Assembly (NCBI GenBank): GCA_016870355.1
Contig: VGBR01000011.1
Span: forward strand, 33,140-97,139
From: Actinomycetota bacterium
GTDB taxonomy: Bacteria > Actinomycetota > Acidimicrobiia > IMCC26256 > PALSA-555
DNA length: 64,000 nucleotides
Reading direction: 5' to 3'
Made by a program: the position numbers and the translations under genes
In this document: positions 1 through 8,636 of the stretch, piece by piece
Layout: every line of letters begins with the position of its first letter
Numbering within the stretch: position 1 is the first letter of the stretch
The notes under the pieces: model-generated
Database searches by the model: none
Told to the model about the DNA's origin: nothing
Seen by the model: the letters and a program-made list of their open reading frames with translations, nothing else

Positions 1-500
1 CCGAGCGCATGGCGAGCCGCATCCTCGGGATGGGTGACGTGCTCACGCTCATCGAGAAGGCCGAGGAGACGTTCGACGCCGAAGAGGCCGCGAAGGCGCA
101 GGAGAGGCTGCGCAAGGGTGAGTTCACGCTCGAGGACTTCCTCGAGCAGATGCAGCAGATGAAGAAGATGGGGCCGATCCAGAACATCATCGGGATGCTC
201 CCCGGCATGCCGAAGGAGCTGCGCAACGCCGACATCGACGAAGGCGAGCTGGGCCGGGTCGAAGCGATCATCTGCTCGATGACTCCGGGCGAACGCCGCG
301 ACCCGTCGACGATCAACGGGTCACGCCGCTATCGCATCGCGACCGGCAGTGGCACCACCACCGCGCAGGTGAACGCGGTTCTCAAGCAGTTCAAGGGCGT
401 CCAGCAGATGATGAAGCAGATGATGCGGCCAGGGAAGAAGGGCAAGAAGGGCCTGATGATGCCGGGCATGCCAGGGATGCCCGGCCTGCCAGGCACGTAG
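1..500 (+). CDS. ffh: Signal recognition particle protein Ffh, C-terminal part (5' truncated by window)
   Basis: RILGMGD and FTLEDFLEQ motifs, Met-rich M domain (SMTPGER..INGSRR); precedes rpsP. Confidence 0.97.
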   Translation, partial: ERMASRILGMGDVLTLIEKAEETFDAEEAAKAQERLRKGEFTLEDFLEQMQQMKKMGPIQNIIGMLPGMPKELRNADIDEGELGRVEAIICSMTPGERRDPSTINGSRRYRIATGSGTTTAQVNAVLKQFKGVQQMMKQMMRPGKKGKKGLMMPGMPGMPGLPGT

Positions 501-574
501 GCCTTCCCTGTAGGCTGTCCCGTCTGCTCTCGGACCTGCCGCGAGCGCCGTTCGACCTCTGAAGGACTGATCTC

Positions 575-1087
575 TTGAGCGTGAAGATCCGCTTGATGCG
601 GGTGGGGAAGACCAAGCAGCCCAGCTATCGGGTGGTGGTGGCCGACTCGCGGTCGCCGCGCGACGGGCGGATCATCGAGACGATCGGTCACTACCGACCG
701 CGCCAGGACCCCTCGCACTTCGACATCGACGACGAGAAGGCGTTGAACTGGCTCCGCAACGGCGCGCAGCCGAGCGAGCAGGTGCAGAAGCTCCTTGCAG
801 TGCACGGCCTTTGGGCGACCTTTGAGGCCGAGAAGGAAAAGAAGCCCGACACGAAGCTCAATCGGCGCGGATACGTCACCGGCAAGCACACCGAGCTGAA
901 GCGCAAGAAGAAGGAAGTGCCCGAGGAAGCCGCGCCGCCAGCTGCCGCAGCGCCGGCCGACGAGGCGCCCGCCGCAGAAGCCGACGCGCCAGCGGAAGTC
1001 GCGGCCGAAGAGGTACCAGCAGCCGAGGCTCCCGCCGAAGAAGCGCCCGCCGCAGATGAGTCTGCGGCTGAGGAGTCGAGCGAGTGA
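575..1087 (+). CDS. rpsP: 30S ribosomal protein S16 with Ala/Glu/Pro-rich C-terminal tail
   Basis: VKIRLMRVGK..YRVVVADSRSPRDGR..IG motif; TTG start; candidate -10 TAGGCT at 511-516. Confidence 0.97.
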   Translation: MSVKIRLMRVGKTKQPSYRVVVADSRSPRDGRIIETIGHYRPRQDPSHFDIDDEKALNWLRNGAQPSEQVQKLLAVHGLWATFEAEKEKKPDTKLNRRGYVTGKHTELKRKKKEVPEEAAPPAAAAPADEAPAAEADAPAEVAAEEVPAAEAPAEEAPAADESAAEESSE

Positions 1088-1425
1088 CCGACGACCCGAA
1101 CCTGAAGACCGAAGACGACTACGACGACGAGTACGACGACGACTTTGAAGACGACGAAGTCGGCGGCGAAGGCAACCGCATCGTCGGCACCCGCGCCCGC
1201 GCCGTCGTCGAGCACATCGCCCGCGGTCTCGCCGAAGACCCCGACGCCATTGACGTCGACCTCTCCGAGCGACGCGGCGAGGTCTTGCTACTCGTGCACG
1301 CCAACCCCGACGACATGGGGCGATTGATCGGTCGCCGCGGACGTGTCATCCAGGCCATGCGTCAGGTCGCGCGCGCGGCGGGCGCGGCCGAGGGCGTCAA
1401 GGCGACGGTCGACGTCGCGGAGTAG
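1084..1425 (+). CDS. khpA: KH-domain RNA-binding protein (KhpA/YlqC) with acidic N-terminal extension
   Basis: DMGRLIGRRGR KH motif; canonical position between rpsP and rimM. Confidence 0.92.
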   Translation: MTDDPNLKTEDDYDDEYDDDFEDDEVGGEGNRIVGTRARAVVEHIARGLAEDPDAIDVDLSERRGEVLLLVHANPDDMGRLIGRRGRVIQAMRQVARAAGAAEGVKATVDVAE

Positions 1426-1439
1426 CGCCAGGCCAGGCA

Positions 1440-1904
1440 ATGCCTGACGGGGCGCGTCTGGAGGTCGGTCGGATCGGCCGACCGCATGGCTTGAAGGGTG
1501 AGGTCACGGTGATGCTCGTGACCGATCGCCACGAGCGCCTCGATGACGGTGCACAGCTCTTCGCCGACGAGCGCACGCTGACCGTCGAGCACGCACGCCC
1601 CCAGCGCGACGGCTGGGTGGTTCGATTCCAAGGAGTCACCACTCGCGAAGGTGCGGAGGCATTGCGCGGCTTGATCCTCACGGCTGACCCGATCGACGCC
1701 GGTGACGATCCCTGGGTCCACGATCTCATCGGGTGCGAGGTGTCGGACGTGTCCGGTCGCGCGCTCGGCAGCGTCACTGCGGTCGAGGCCAACCCCGCGC
1801 ACGACCTGCTCGTCCTCGAAGGCGGCGCGCTCGTCCCGATGCCGTTCGTCGTCGAGCACGAACCCGGTCGTGTGGTCATCGATCCGCCAGAAGGATTGCT
1901 CTGA
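1440..1904 (+). CDS. rimM: 16S rRNA processing protein RimM
   Basis: VGRIGRPHGLKGEV N-terminus, DLIGCEV, PPEGLL end; synteny. Confidence 0.96.
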   Translation: MPDGARLEVGRIGRPHGLKGEVTVMLVTDRHERLDDGAQLFADERTLTVEHARPQRDGWVVRFQGVTTREGAEALRGLILTADPIDAGDDPWVHDLIGCEVSDVSGRALGSVTAVEANPAHDLLVLEGGALVPMPFVVEHEPGRVVIDPPEGLL

Positions 1905-1906
1905 CA

Positions 1907-1988
1907 TGAGCGAGCGACCGCGGCGCACGTATCGTGCGACGCAGCGAGCGGGGCCCAAAGCGGCCCGGCCCGCAGGGCCGAGAGCGGG
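1907..1988 (+). repeat. Dispersed ~80-bp palindromic repeat, family A, copy 1
   Basis: Shares TGAGCGAGCG, GCAGCGAGCGGGG and an identical 21-mer AGCGGCCCGGCCCGCAGGGCC with 53406-53486. Confidence 0.85.
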
Positions 1989-1989
1989 A

Positions 1990-2721
1990 ATGATGCGCAT
2001 CGACGTGTACACCGTCTTCCCCGAGTACCTCGAGGGTGCATTGTCGGCGTCGCTGCTCGGCAAGGCGCGCGCCGGTGGCCTGCTTGACGTGCGCATGCAC
2101 GACCCGCGTGACTGGTCGACCGACGCACACCGCAGCGTCGACGACGCGCCGTTCGGTGGTGGCGCGGGCATGGTGATGATGGCCGAGCCGCTGTTCGCGG
2201 CGGTGGAAGCCACCGAGCCGATCCGTCCACTTTTCCTGCTCTCGCCGAGCGGCCGACGCTTCGACCAGTCGCTCGCGAGAGAGCTCGTCGCCGGCGACGG
2301 CTTCTCGTTGGTGTGCGGCCGCTACGAAGGTGTTGACCAGCGCGTCGCGGAGCACCTCTGTGATGACGAGCTGTCGGTCGGCGACTACGTGCTCGCGGGT
2401 GGTGAGGCCGCGGCCCTGATCGTCATCGAGGCCGTCGCGCGCCTGGTGCCCGGCGTGCTCGGCAATGACGAGTCACCTGCGCACGAGTCGTTCACCGACG
2501 GCCTGCTCGAGGAACCGCAGTACACGCGCCCGGCCGAGTTCCGCGGTTGGGAGGTGCCCGAGGTGCTGCGCAGCGGCGACCACGGCCGCATCGAACAATG
2601 GCGGCGAGCCCAGGCGCTGCGGCGCACGCTCGCGCGACGCCCGGATCTGCTCGACGACTCATCGCTCAGCGTCGAGGACCAGGCGCTTCTCGAGGAGTTC
2701 CCTGCGCCCGAGGACGGCTGA
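1990..2721 (+). CDS. trmD: tRNA (guanine-N1)-methyltransferase TrmD
   Basis: [39 protein letters not shown] motifs; another in-frame ATG lies at 1906. Confidence 0.97.
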   Translation: MMRIDVYTVFPEYLEGALSASLLGKARAGGLLDVRMHDPRDWSTDAHRSVDDAPFGGGAGMVMMAEPLFAAVEATEPIRPLFLLSPSGRRFDQSLARELVAGDGFSLVCGRYEGVDQRVAEHLCDDELSVGDYVLAGGEAAALIVIEAVARLVPGVLGNDESPAHESFTDGLLEEPQYTRPAEFRGWEVPEVLRSGDHGRIEQWRRAQALRRTLARRPDLLDDSSLSVEDQALLEEFPAPEDG

Positions 2722-2794
2722 AGCCCGGCAGTGCCAGGCGGAGGTACGCCTCGCTACCATGGGTGCCCCGTCCGGAACCCTGGAGATCCCCGCG

Positions 2795-3139
2795 ATGAAC
2801 GCCACTGACCTTGTCGATGCCGCCCGGGTGCGCACCGACATCCCCGACTTCGCCGCCGGCGACACCCTCAAGGTGCACGTGCGGGTGACAGAGGGTGGGC
2901 GCGAGCGCACTCAGGTGTTCCAGGGCGTGGTGATCCGGCGCAAGGGCAGCGGGATCCGCGAGACCTTCACCGTGCGCAAGGTCAGCTTCGGTGTCGGCGT
3001 GGAGCGCACCTTCCCGGTGCACTCGCCGATCCTCGCCAAGGTCGAGGTCGCCAGCCGTGGCGACGTGCGCCGGGCGAAGCTCTACTACCTGCGCGACCGG
3101 ATCGGGAAGGCCGCGAAGGTCAAGGAAAAGAGAGTGTGA
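2795..3139 (+). CDS. rplS: 50S ribosomal protein L19
   Basis: [41 protein letters not shown]. Confidence 0.98.
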   Translation: MNATDLVDAARVRTDIPDFAAGDTLKVHVRVTEGGRERTQVFQGVVIRRKGSGIRETFTVRKVSFGVGVERTFPVHSPILAKVEVASRGDVRRAKLYYLRDRIGKAAKVKEKRV

Positions 3140-3149
3140 GAGGTCTCAC

Positions 3150-3443
3150 GTGAGCTCCGAAGATCTGGAGCGCTACGAGACCGAGATCGAGCTCCAGCTC
3201 TACCGGGAGTACCGCGACGTCCTGCCGCTCTTCGCCTACGTGGTCGAGACGGAGCGGCGCTTCTACCTGGCCAACGGCGTCGAGGTGCACACCGAGAACG
3301 AAGGCGGCCAGCCGTACTTCCGCGTCGAGCTCACCGACGCATGGGTGTGGGACATGTACCGCCCGGCACGGTTCGTGGGCAACGTCCGCGTCCTCACGTT
3401 CAAGGACGTCAACATCGAGGAGCTCACAAGCCCCAACCCATGA
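3150..3443 (+). CDS. DUF2469 family protein
   Basis: SSEDLERYETEIELQLYREY..ETERRFYLAN..DAWVWDMYRP, the actinobacterial family found upstream of yraN. Confidence 0.9.
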   Translation: MSSEDLERYETEIELQLYREYRDVLPLFAYVVETERRFYLANGVEVHTENEGGQPYFRVELTDAWVWDMYRPARFVGNVRVLTFKDVNIEELTSPNP

Positions 3444-3802
3444 CCTCTGACGCTCGTCGGAGGCTGGGCGCCTCGGGGGAGGACTTCGCTGCGGCGTGGT
3501 ACCTCGAGCGCGGGTACGACCTGCTCGACCGCAACTGGCGCTGCAACGACGGCGAGCTCGACCTCGTGCTCGGGGCGCGGCGGCTCGTCGTGTTCTGCGA
3601 GGTGAAGACGCGCCGCAGCGCCGCGTTCGGCGCGCCGTTCGAAGCGGTGACGTTCACCAAGCAGCGCAAGCTGCGAACGCTGGCGATGCGATGGTTGGAC
3701 GCGCACCCTCGTCGTGGCATCAACCTCCGCTTCGACGTCGCCTCCGTCTACGCCCCACGCGGCGAACAACCGACGATCGAAGTCATCGAAGCGGCTTTCT
3801 GA
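3440..3802 (+). CDS. yraN: YraN (UPF0102) family putative endonuclease
   Basis: LGASGE..RNWRC..GELDLV..FCEVKTR..RFDV motifs. Confidence 0.93.
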   Translation: MTSDARRRLGASGEDFAAAWYLERGYDLLDRNWRCNDGELDLVLGARRLVVFCEVKTRRSAAFGAPFEAVTFTKQRKLRTLAMRWLDAHPRRGINLRFDVASVYAPRGEQPTIEVIEAAF

Positions 3803-4007
3803 CCCGAGCGTCGCGCTCCCAGCAGGAGCGGTGCCAGTGGCGACGTTCGGACGGGTCGGCGCGCGGCACGACGACGACATGCCCTTCGCCGGGTCGGATC
3901 TCGTGATCGCAGCCGGGGCAGCGGTACGTCTTAGTCGCCTCGTACGGCTGCACGCGACGGACCTCGATCCCATCGTCCGCGTCGTCGGGAAACTCGTGCT
4001 CGGCCAC
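3783..4007 (-). CDS. Small putative Zn-binding actinobacterial protein
   Basis: YRCPGCDHEI..HVVV..RRHWH..CW motif; start codon uncertain. Confidence 0.75.
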   Translation of the reverse strand: MAEHEFPDDADDGIEVRRVQPYEATKTYRCPGCDHEIRPGEGHVVVVPRADPSERRHWHRSCWERDARVRKPLR

Positions 4008-4017
4008 GACCGTGAGC

Positions 4018-4101
4018 TCAGCCGAAGAAGGCCCAGGCGAGCAACGCCGCAACCACGAGCACCGCGGCGGCGACGATGAGCACGTCACCCTGGTGCTTCA
4101 C
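4018..4101 (-). CDS. Putative 27-aa single-pass membrane peptide
   Basis: GTG-started ORF MKHQGDVLIVAAAVLVVAALLAWAFFG, co-oriented just upstream of the Zn-binding ORF. Confidence 0.4.
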   Translation of the reverse strand: MKHQGDVLIVAAAVLVVAALLAWAFFG

Positions 4102-4206
4102 GCGCGTTCGGAACGGGTTGTAGCCCACGGCGGTACGGTACTTGCACAAGATGGAACGGAGGCGTGGCCGGACGGCCGGGACGCCGGAGTGGAATCGACC
4201 ATAGAG

Positions 4207-5016
4207 ATGTCCTACGAGACCTTGCTCGTCGACCGTGACGATCACGGCGTGGTCACCGTCACGATGAACCGCCCCGAGAAGAAGAACGCGATGAGCCTCG
4301 AGATGAACATGGAGCTCACGCAGGTCTTCGACGAGGTGGCCGACTCGCGCACCGACCGCGTGCTCGTGCTGACCGGTGCGGGCGATGCCTTCACGTCGGG
4401 CGCCGACCTCACCCCGAGCAAGGACAGCAAAGACGCCGACGCCTTCGTGGCCGGCGGCGTGGGGGCCGCGCTGCACGGCATGCGTCGCCTCGGCCGACTC
4501 GTCGTTCGGCTGCATGATCTGCCGAAGCCGACGATCGCCGCGGTGAACGGTGTTGCCGTCGGCGCTGGGTGCAACCTCGCGCTCGGGTGTGACCTCATCA
4601 TCGCGTCGGACCAAGCGCGCTTCTCGGAGATCTTCGCTCGCCGCGGCCTCTCACTCGACGGAGGCGGCTCGTGGCTGCTGCCGCGCCTGATCGGTCTGCA
4701 CAAGGCGAAGGAGCTCGCGTTCCTCGCCGAGATCCTCTCGGCCGAGGACGCCGAGCGATTCGGGATCGTCAACCGCGTGGTGCCGGCCGGCGAGCTGGAG
4801 AAGGTCGTCACGGACCTGGCGCGTCGCATCGCCGCGCAGCCCCCCATCCAGATCTCGATCAGCAAGAAGATGCTCAACCAGTCGATGTCGGTCTCGATGG
4901 CCGAGGCCGTCGAGTTCGAGGACGTCGCGCAGAGCCTCGCCTTCGGGTCGCAGGACACCAAAGAGGCAATGCGCGCCTTCGTCGAGAAGCGCGACCCGAA
5001 GTTCATCGGCGAGTAG
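4207..5016 (+). CDS. Enoyl-CoA hydratase/isomerase (crotonase) family protein
   Basis: NRPEKKNA, FTSGADL, AAVNGVAVGAG, F.EKR.P.F.G motifs. Confidence 0.93.
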   Translation: MSYETLLVDRDDHGVVTVTMNRPEKKNAMSLEMNMELTQVFDEVADSRTDRVLVLTGAGDAFTSGADLTPSKDSKDADAFVAGGVGAALHGMRRLGRLVVRLHDLPKPTIAAVNGVAVGAGCNLALGCDLIIASDQARFSEIFARRGLSLDGGGSWLLPRLIGLHKAKELAFLAEILSAEDAERFGIVNRVVPAGELEKVVTDLARRIAAQPPIQISISKKMLNQSMSVSMAEAVEFEDVAQSLAFGSQDTKEAMRAFVEKRDPKFIGE

Positions 5017-5042
5017 TCATCGGCGAGGAGCTCGACCCCCGC

Positions 5043-5091
5043 GTTCTCGGCACGCTGAACAACAAGTAGAGAGGTTGAGCGTGCCGAGAAC
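5043..5091. repeat. REP-like inverted repeat, family B, copy 1 (18-bp arms, 13-nt loop) between convergent genes
   Basis: GTTCTCGGCACGCTGAAC-N13-GTTGAGCGTGCCGAGAAC; same arms at 33631-33677. Confidence 0.85.
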
Positions 5092-5097
5092 CCGTTC

Positions 5098-6213
5098 TTA
5101 CCGGGGCCAGATTGCTCCTTGGTGACGGGTGATCCATCCGGTGCGTTCGAGCTCGAACAGCGCCACGGCGACGCGCTCTGGCGGGAGGTCGGCGCGGCTG
5201 GCGAGCTGATCGGGTGTCGCCACGTCGCCACCGAGAGCACGAAGCAGCGCGGCGCCCTCGCGGCCCGGGGCGGGGCGGGGTGGCGGCTTCAGCACGGGTG
5301 CGCTCCCATCTGACAACCCAAGCGCGACGAGCAGATCGCTCCACTCGAGCAGCGGTTGGGCTCCGTCGGCGATCAGCTGGTTGGTGCCGGCTGCCGCGGG
5401 GTTGCGGCGAGAGCCGGGCACCGCGAGCACGGTGCGGCCGTACTCCAACGCGAACTGCGCGCTGATGCGAGCGCCACCCTTGAGGGTCGCCTCGACGACG
5501 ATCAGGATCTCTGCGAGGGCGGCGATGATCCGGTTGCGCACGGGGAAGCGCCAGCGCTCGGGTCGAGTGCCGTATGCAGCCTCGGTGATCACCACCCCGC
5601 GTTCTCGCACTCGTGCGTAGAGCGCGCGATGACGACGTGGGTACTCGATGTCGAGCCCGGTCGCGACGACGCCGACGGCCAGTCCGCCCGCGTCGAGCGC
5701 TCCTTCGTGCGCCGCGGCGTCGATGCCGATGGCCATCCCGCTGACCACGGTGACGCCGATCGCGCCGAGATACGCGCCGATCTCGTAGGCATCGGTGAGG
5801 CCGTGAGGTGTGGCCGCGCGAGTGCCGACCACGGCGACGCGGCGCGCGTCGAGCGCACTCGCCATCGAGCCTTCGCCGAGGAGCACAGGAGCGCGGTCGG
5901 GGATCTCGTCACCGATCGGGTAGCCCGGGCTGCCCTCCACCCACACCTTGGTGTGCCGTCGGGCGAGACGAGCGGCCGTCGTGTCCGGGTCGGCGTGTGC
6001 TCTCCAGCTCGATGCGAGCTCGCGCGGAGACACCGCGTGGGGGGTGCCGCGTTCAGCCGTCAGTGGCGCCTCTGCCGCGCGGCCAGCTTGCACGGCGGCC
6101 AGCGCAACTCGCGGTCCACCGAAGTGGTCGAACAGCATCTGCAACCGCACGGGTGTCATCTTGGGTAGCGAGACCAGCGTCGCCGCGGCGATCGCTTCGT
6201 TCGAGGCGCTCAC
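5098..6213 (-). CDS. dprA: DNA-processing protein DprA
   Basis: VAVVGTR, VSGMAIGID..AH, FPVRNRIIA motifs; C-terminal winged helix. Confidence 0.95.
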   Translation of the reverse strand: MSASNEAIAAATLVSLPKMTPVRLQMLFDHFGGPRVALAAVQAGRAAEAPLTAERGTPHAVSPRELASSWRAHADPDTTAARLARRHTKVWVEGSPGYPIGDEIPDRAPVLLGEGSMASALDARRVAVVGTRAATPHGLTDAYEIGAYLGAIGVTVVSGMAIGIDAAAHEGALDAGGLAVGVVATGLDIEYPRRHRALYARVRERGVVITEAAYGTRPERWRFPVRNRIIAALAEILIVVEATLKGGARISAQFALEYGRTVLAVPGSRRNPAAAGTNQLIADGAQPLLEWSDLLVALGLSDGSAPVLKPPPRPAPGREGAALLRALGGDVATPDQLASRADLPPERVAVALFELERTGWITRHQGAIWPR

Positions 6214-7709
6214 GGCACGTCTTCGCGCAGCAGTGCAGCCCACATGATGTGAGCTTCCAACACGTCGGCCACGTCATCGAGGTCTGCGATCGTTCGGGCG
6301 ACGCGTCGGACTCGTGCCGCGCCGCGTCCGGTCATGACCCGGAGCTCCGACTGTGCACGCCAGGCCGCGGCCGCGTCGCCCGACAGTGGGATCAGCCGCT
6401 CGAGCGCGCCGGCGGGGATGTGTCCGTTGTGCCGCCAGGGCGTGCCGGCGAGCCGAGCGGCCTGGCGCGCGACCGCGTTGATCACGCGGCCGCGCACGGA
6501 CTCAGACGTCTCGCCGGCCTGATCGTTGGCTTCGGGCGGGCGGACGGCAAGGCGAAGGTCGAACCGGTCGAGCAATGGTGCCGAGAGCCGGCGGCGATAG
6601 CGCGCCCGTTGGAACTCCGTGCACGAGCAGCCGGGCGGACCGAGCCCGCATGGGCATGGGTTGGTGCAGGCCACGAGCAGGAAGTCGGCTGGGAAGGTGA
6701 GCGTTCCCTGCTGACGGGAGATGCGCACGACCCGTTCCTCGAGCGGCTGACGCAACGCGTCGAGCGCCGATGGCGGGAACTCACCGAGCTCGTCGAGGAA
6801 CAAGATGCCGCGGTGCGCCATCGTCACCTCACCAGGTCGAGCGCGCGCCGCGCCGCCACCCACGAGTGCCGCGACGGATGCCGTGTGGTGCGGGGCGCGC
6901 ACCGGGACTGCGCGCATCAATCCGGCTGGCGCGCAGCCGGCGACGGAGTGAATCCGCGTCGTCTCGAACGCTTCGTCGTCGCGCAGCCTCGGCATGATCG
7001 TGGCCAGTCGCCGAGCGAGCATCGTCTTTCCGGCCCCCGGCGGACCCGAGAGCAACAAGTGGTGATGTCCCCCAGCCGCTACTTCGAGCGCGCGTCGCGC
7101 CCAGGTGAGCCCACGCACGTCGGCCAGATCGAGGGGATCCGCCTCATCATCGGCGAGATCGACGGGTGCCAGCGGTGGTGGTGGGTCCGGCCACGGCGCC
7201 TCGCCCTTGAGGCACGCGCGCAGCTCACCGAGCGTGCGCGCGACGCGCACGTGCAGGTCGGCCGCGAGCATCGCCTCGGAGGCACCGACCTCCGGGACGA
7301 TCACCGTGGTGATGCCCGCGCGCCGCAGCGCGTCGACGAACGCGAGCGTGCCGGGCACGGCGCGCACGGAGCCGTCGAGTCCGAGCTCGCCGACGACGCC
7401 GACTCCGTCGAGTACTCCCGCGGGGAGCTGGCCCTCGCCGAGGAGCAGGCCGAGCGCGACGGCGAGCTCGAACCCGGCGCCGGTCTTGCGCACTCCGCCA
7501 GGGGCCAGGTTGACGGTGATCCGCTGCTGTGGCCACGGCAGCTCTGACGACAGCAATGCGGCGCGCACTCGCTCTCGTGATTCGCGGACCGCGGTGTCGG
7601 GCAGCCCGACGACGTGGTACGCGGGCAGCCCCGGCGACACATGGACCTCGACGGTGACGACCTGCCCTTCGACTCCGAGCAGGGTGGCGCTGACGACCGA
7701 CGCGAGCAC
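6210..7709 (-). CDS. comM: YifB/ComM family Mg-chelatase-like AAA+ ATPase
   Basis: VGLPDTAVRESRERV, GPPGAGKT Walker A, LFLDE, NPCPCG; GGAGG RBS before GTG at 7709. Confidence 0.95.
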   Translation of the reverse strand: MLASVVSATLLGVEGQVVTVEVHVSPGLPAYHVVGLPDTAVRESRERVRAALLSSELPWPQQRITVNLAPGGVRKTGAGFELAVALGLLLGEGQLPAGVLDGVGVVGELGLDGSVRAVPGTLAFVDALRRAGITTVIVPEVGASEAMLAADLHVRVARTLGELRACLKGEAPWPDPPPPLAPVDLADDEADPLDLADVRGLTWARRALEVAAGGHHHLLLSGPPGAGKTMLARRLATIMPRLRDDEAFETTRIHSVAGCAPAGLMRAVPVRAPHHTASVAALVGGGAARARPGEVTMAHRGILFLDELGEFPPSALDALRQPLEERVVRISRQQGTLTFPADFLLVACTNPCPCGLGPPGCSCTEFQRARYRRRLSAPLLDRFDLRLAVRPPEANDQAGETSESVRGRVINAVARQAARLAGTPWRHNGHIPAGALERLIPLSGDAAAAWRAQSELRVMTGRGAARVRRVARTIADLDDVADVLEAHIMWAALLREDVP

Positions 7710-7792
7710 GCTTCGACCTCCGAGCAGGCCCCGATCCGCACGCACGGGGCAGGAACGGCTGGTCGAGTGGCCGCGACCGCAACGGCTTGAGC

Positions 7793-7814
7793 ACCGTACG
7801 GCAGGGGTGTGACA
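7793..7814 (-). promoter_or_regulatory. PafBC/RecA-NDp-type DNA-damage promoter motif upstream of comM-dprA
   Basis: Minus strand TGTCAC-N10-TACGGT matches the TGTC..-N10-TA-NNN-T architecture. Confidence 0.6.
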
Positions 7815-7839
7815 TCGAGCGTGAGCGTTCCAGACTTGT

Positions 7840-8280
7840 CTATTCCAACGGGACTTCCGTCCACGGGATGTGCTCGGCGTCGAAGACTGCCGGAAGCACT
7901 CCACGACTCGCGGCTGGAGAGAGCCACACGGCAGCGTCCAACAGCAACGCGGCAGCTGTCGCCTCCCGGTTCATGAGTCTCAAGTGTGGATGGCGTTGCG
8001 CTACATCGACCATCACGGGCACGAGTGGGCGTGGCTCCGGGAGCACGACGTGCGCGGGCAGCCGGAGCATGGACTGGATAGCGCCCTCTTGAAGCGCCCT
8101 CGGGAACGCGCGGAACGGCCCGGAGAGCTTTCCTCCCGTGCCAGCGACCGCGGCGCGGCATGCACGGAAGTGCCACCACACCGTCGTGTTCAGTGTCGCA
8201 CCACTCGGGAAATCAACTTCGATGTTGAGGACGTGCGCGACGAGCAACCGATCGTCGATGAGAATGCTATTGGTCGGCAA
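7840..8280 (-). CDS. Divergent PIN-like putative toxin
   Basis: N-terminal ILIDD motif, ~146 aa, overlaps the upstream AbrB-like gene. Confidence 0.55.
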   Translation of the reverse strand: MPTNSILIDDRLLVAHVLNIEVDFPSGATLNTTVWWHFRACRAAVAGTGGKLSGPFRAFPRALQEGAIQSMLRLPAHVVLPEPRPLVPVMVDVAQRHPHLRLMNREATAAALLLDAAVWLSPAASRGVLPAVFDAEHIPWTEVPLE

Positions 8281-8527
8281 GATCGGGATCGTCGAGCGCA
8301 GCGACCGCGTCGTCGTAGCCCCCCTCGGTCAAGAGCAGGCGGCGAAGCTCCGCGACCGCAGCGTCCAGTCCTCCCGGGACGATCAACACGGCATCGCCGA
8401 GGTCGATGAACCCGAGCACGCCGCCATCTTCGATGCCCCAGCGATGACGGAGTGCGGCGGGCAACGTGGTTTGGCCACGGTGGGACACCCGGCCGGTCGA
8501 CGTGTGGGTTGCAGCCATGGTGTGCAT
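8267..8527 (-). CDS. AbrB/MazE-like antitoxin
   Basis: RVSHRGQTTLPAALRHRWGI motif, acidic C-terminus. Confidence 0.8.
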   Translation of the reverse strand: MHTMAATHTSTGRVSHRGQTTLPAALRHRWGIEDGGVLGFIDLGDAVLIVPGGLDAAVAELRRLLLTEGGYDDAVAALDDPDLADQ

Positions 8528-8636
8528 TGTATTTCTTTATCTTTACAAGGCAGCGGCGCACCACTGAAAGGGAGTGACCCACGAGCCTCGTGTGGGTGAT
8601 GGGGAACCCCAGCGCAGGTGGCTACCGTTTGTGGCC

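Noticed and set aside
920-1087. Ala/Glu/Pro repeats at the ends of RpsP, RpsB and NusA, and RGG tail of PNPase
   Set aside because: Low-complexity tails are common in actinobacterial orthologues.
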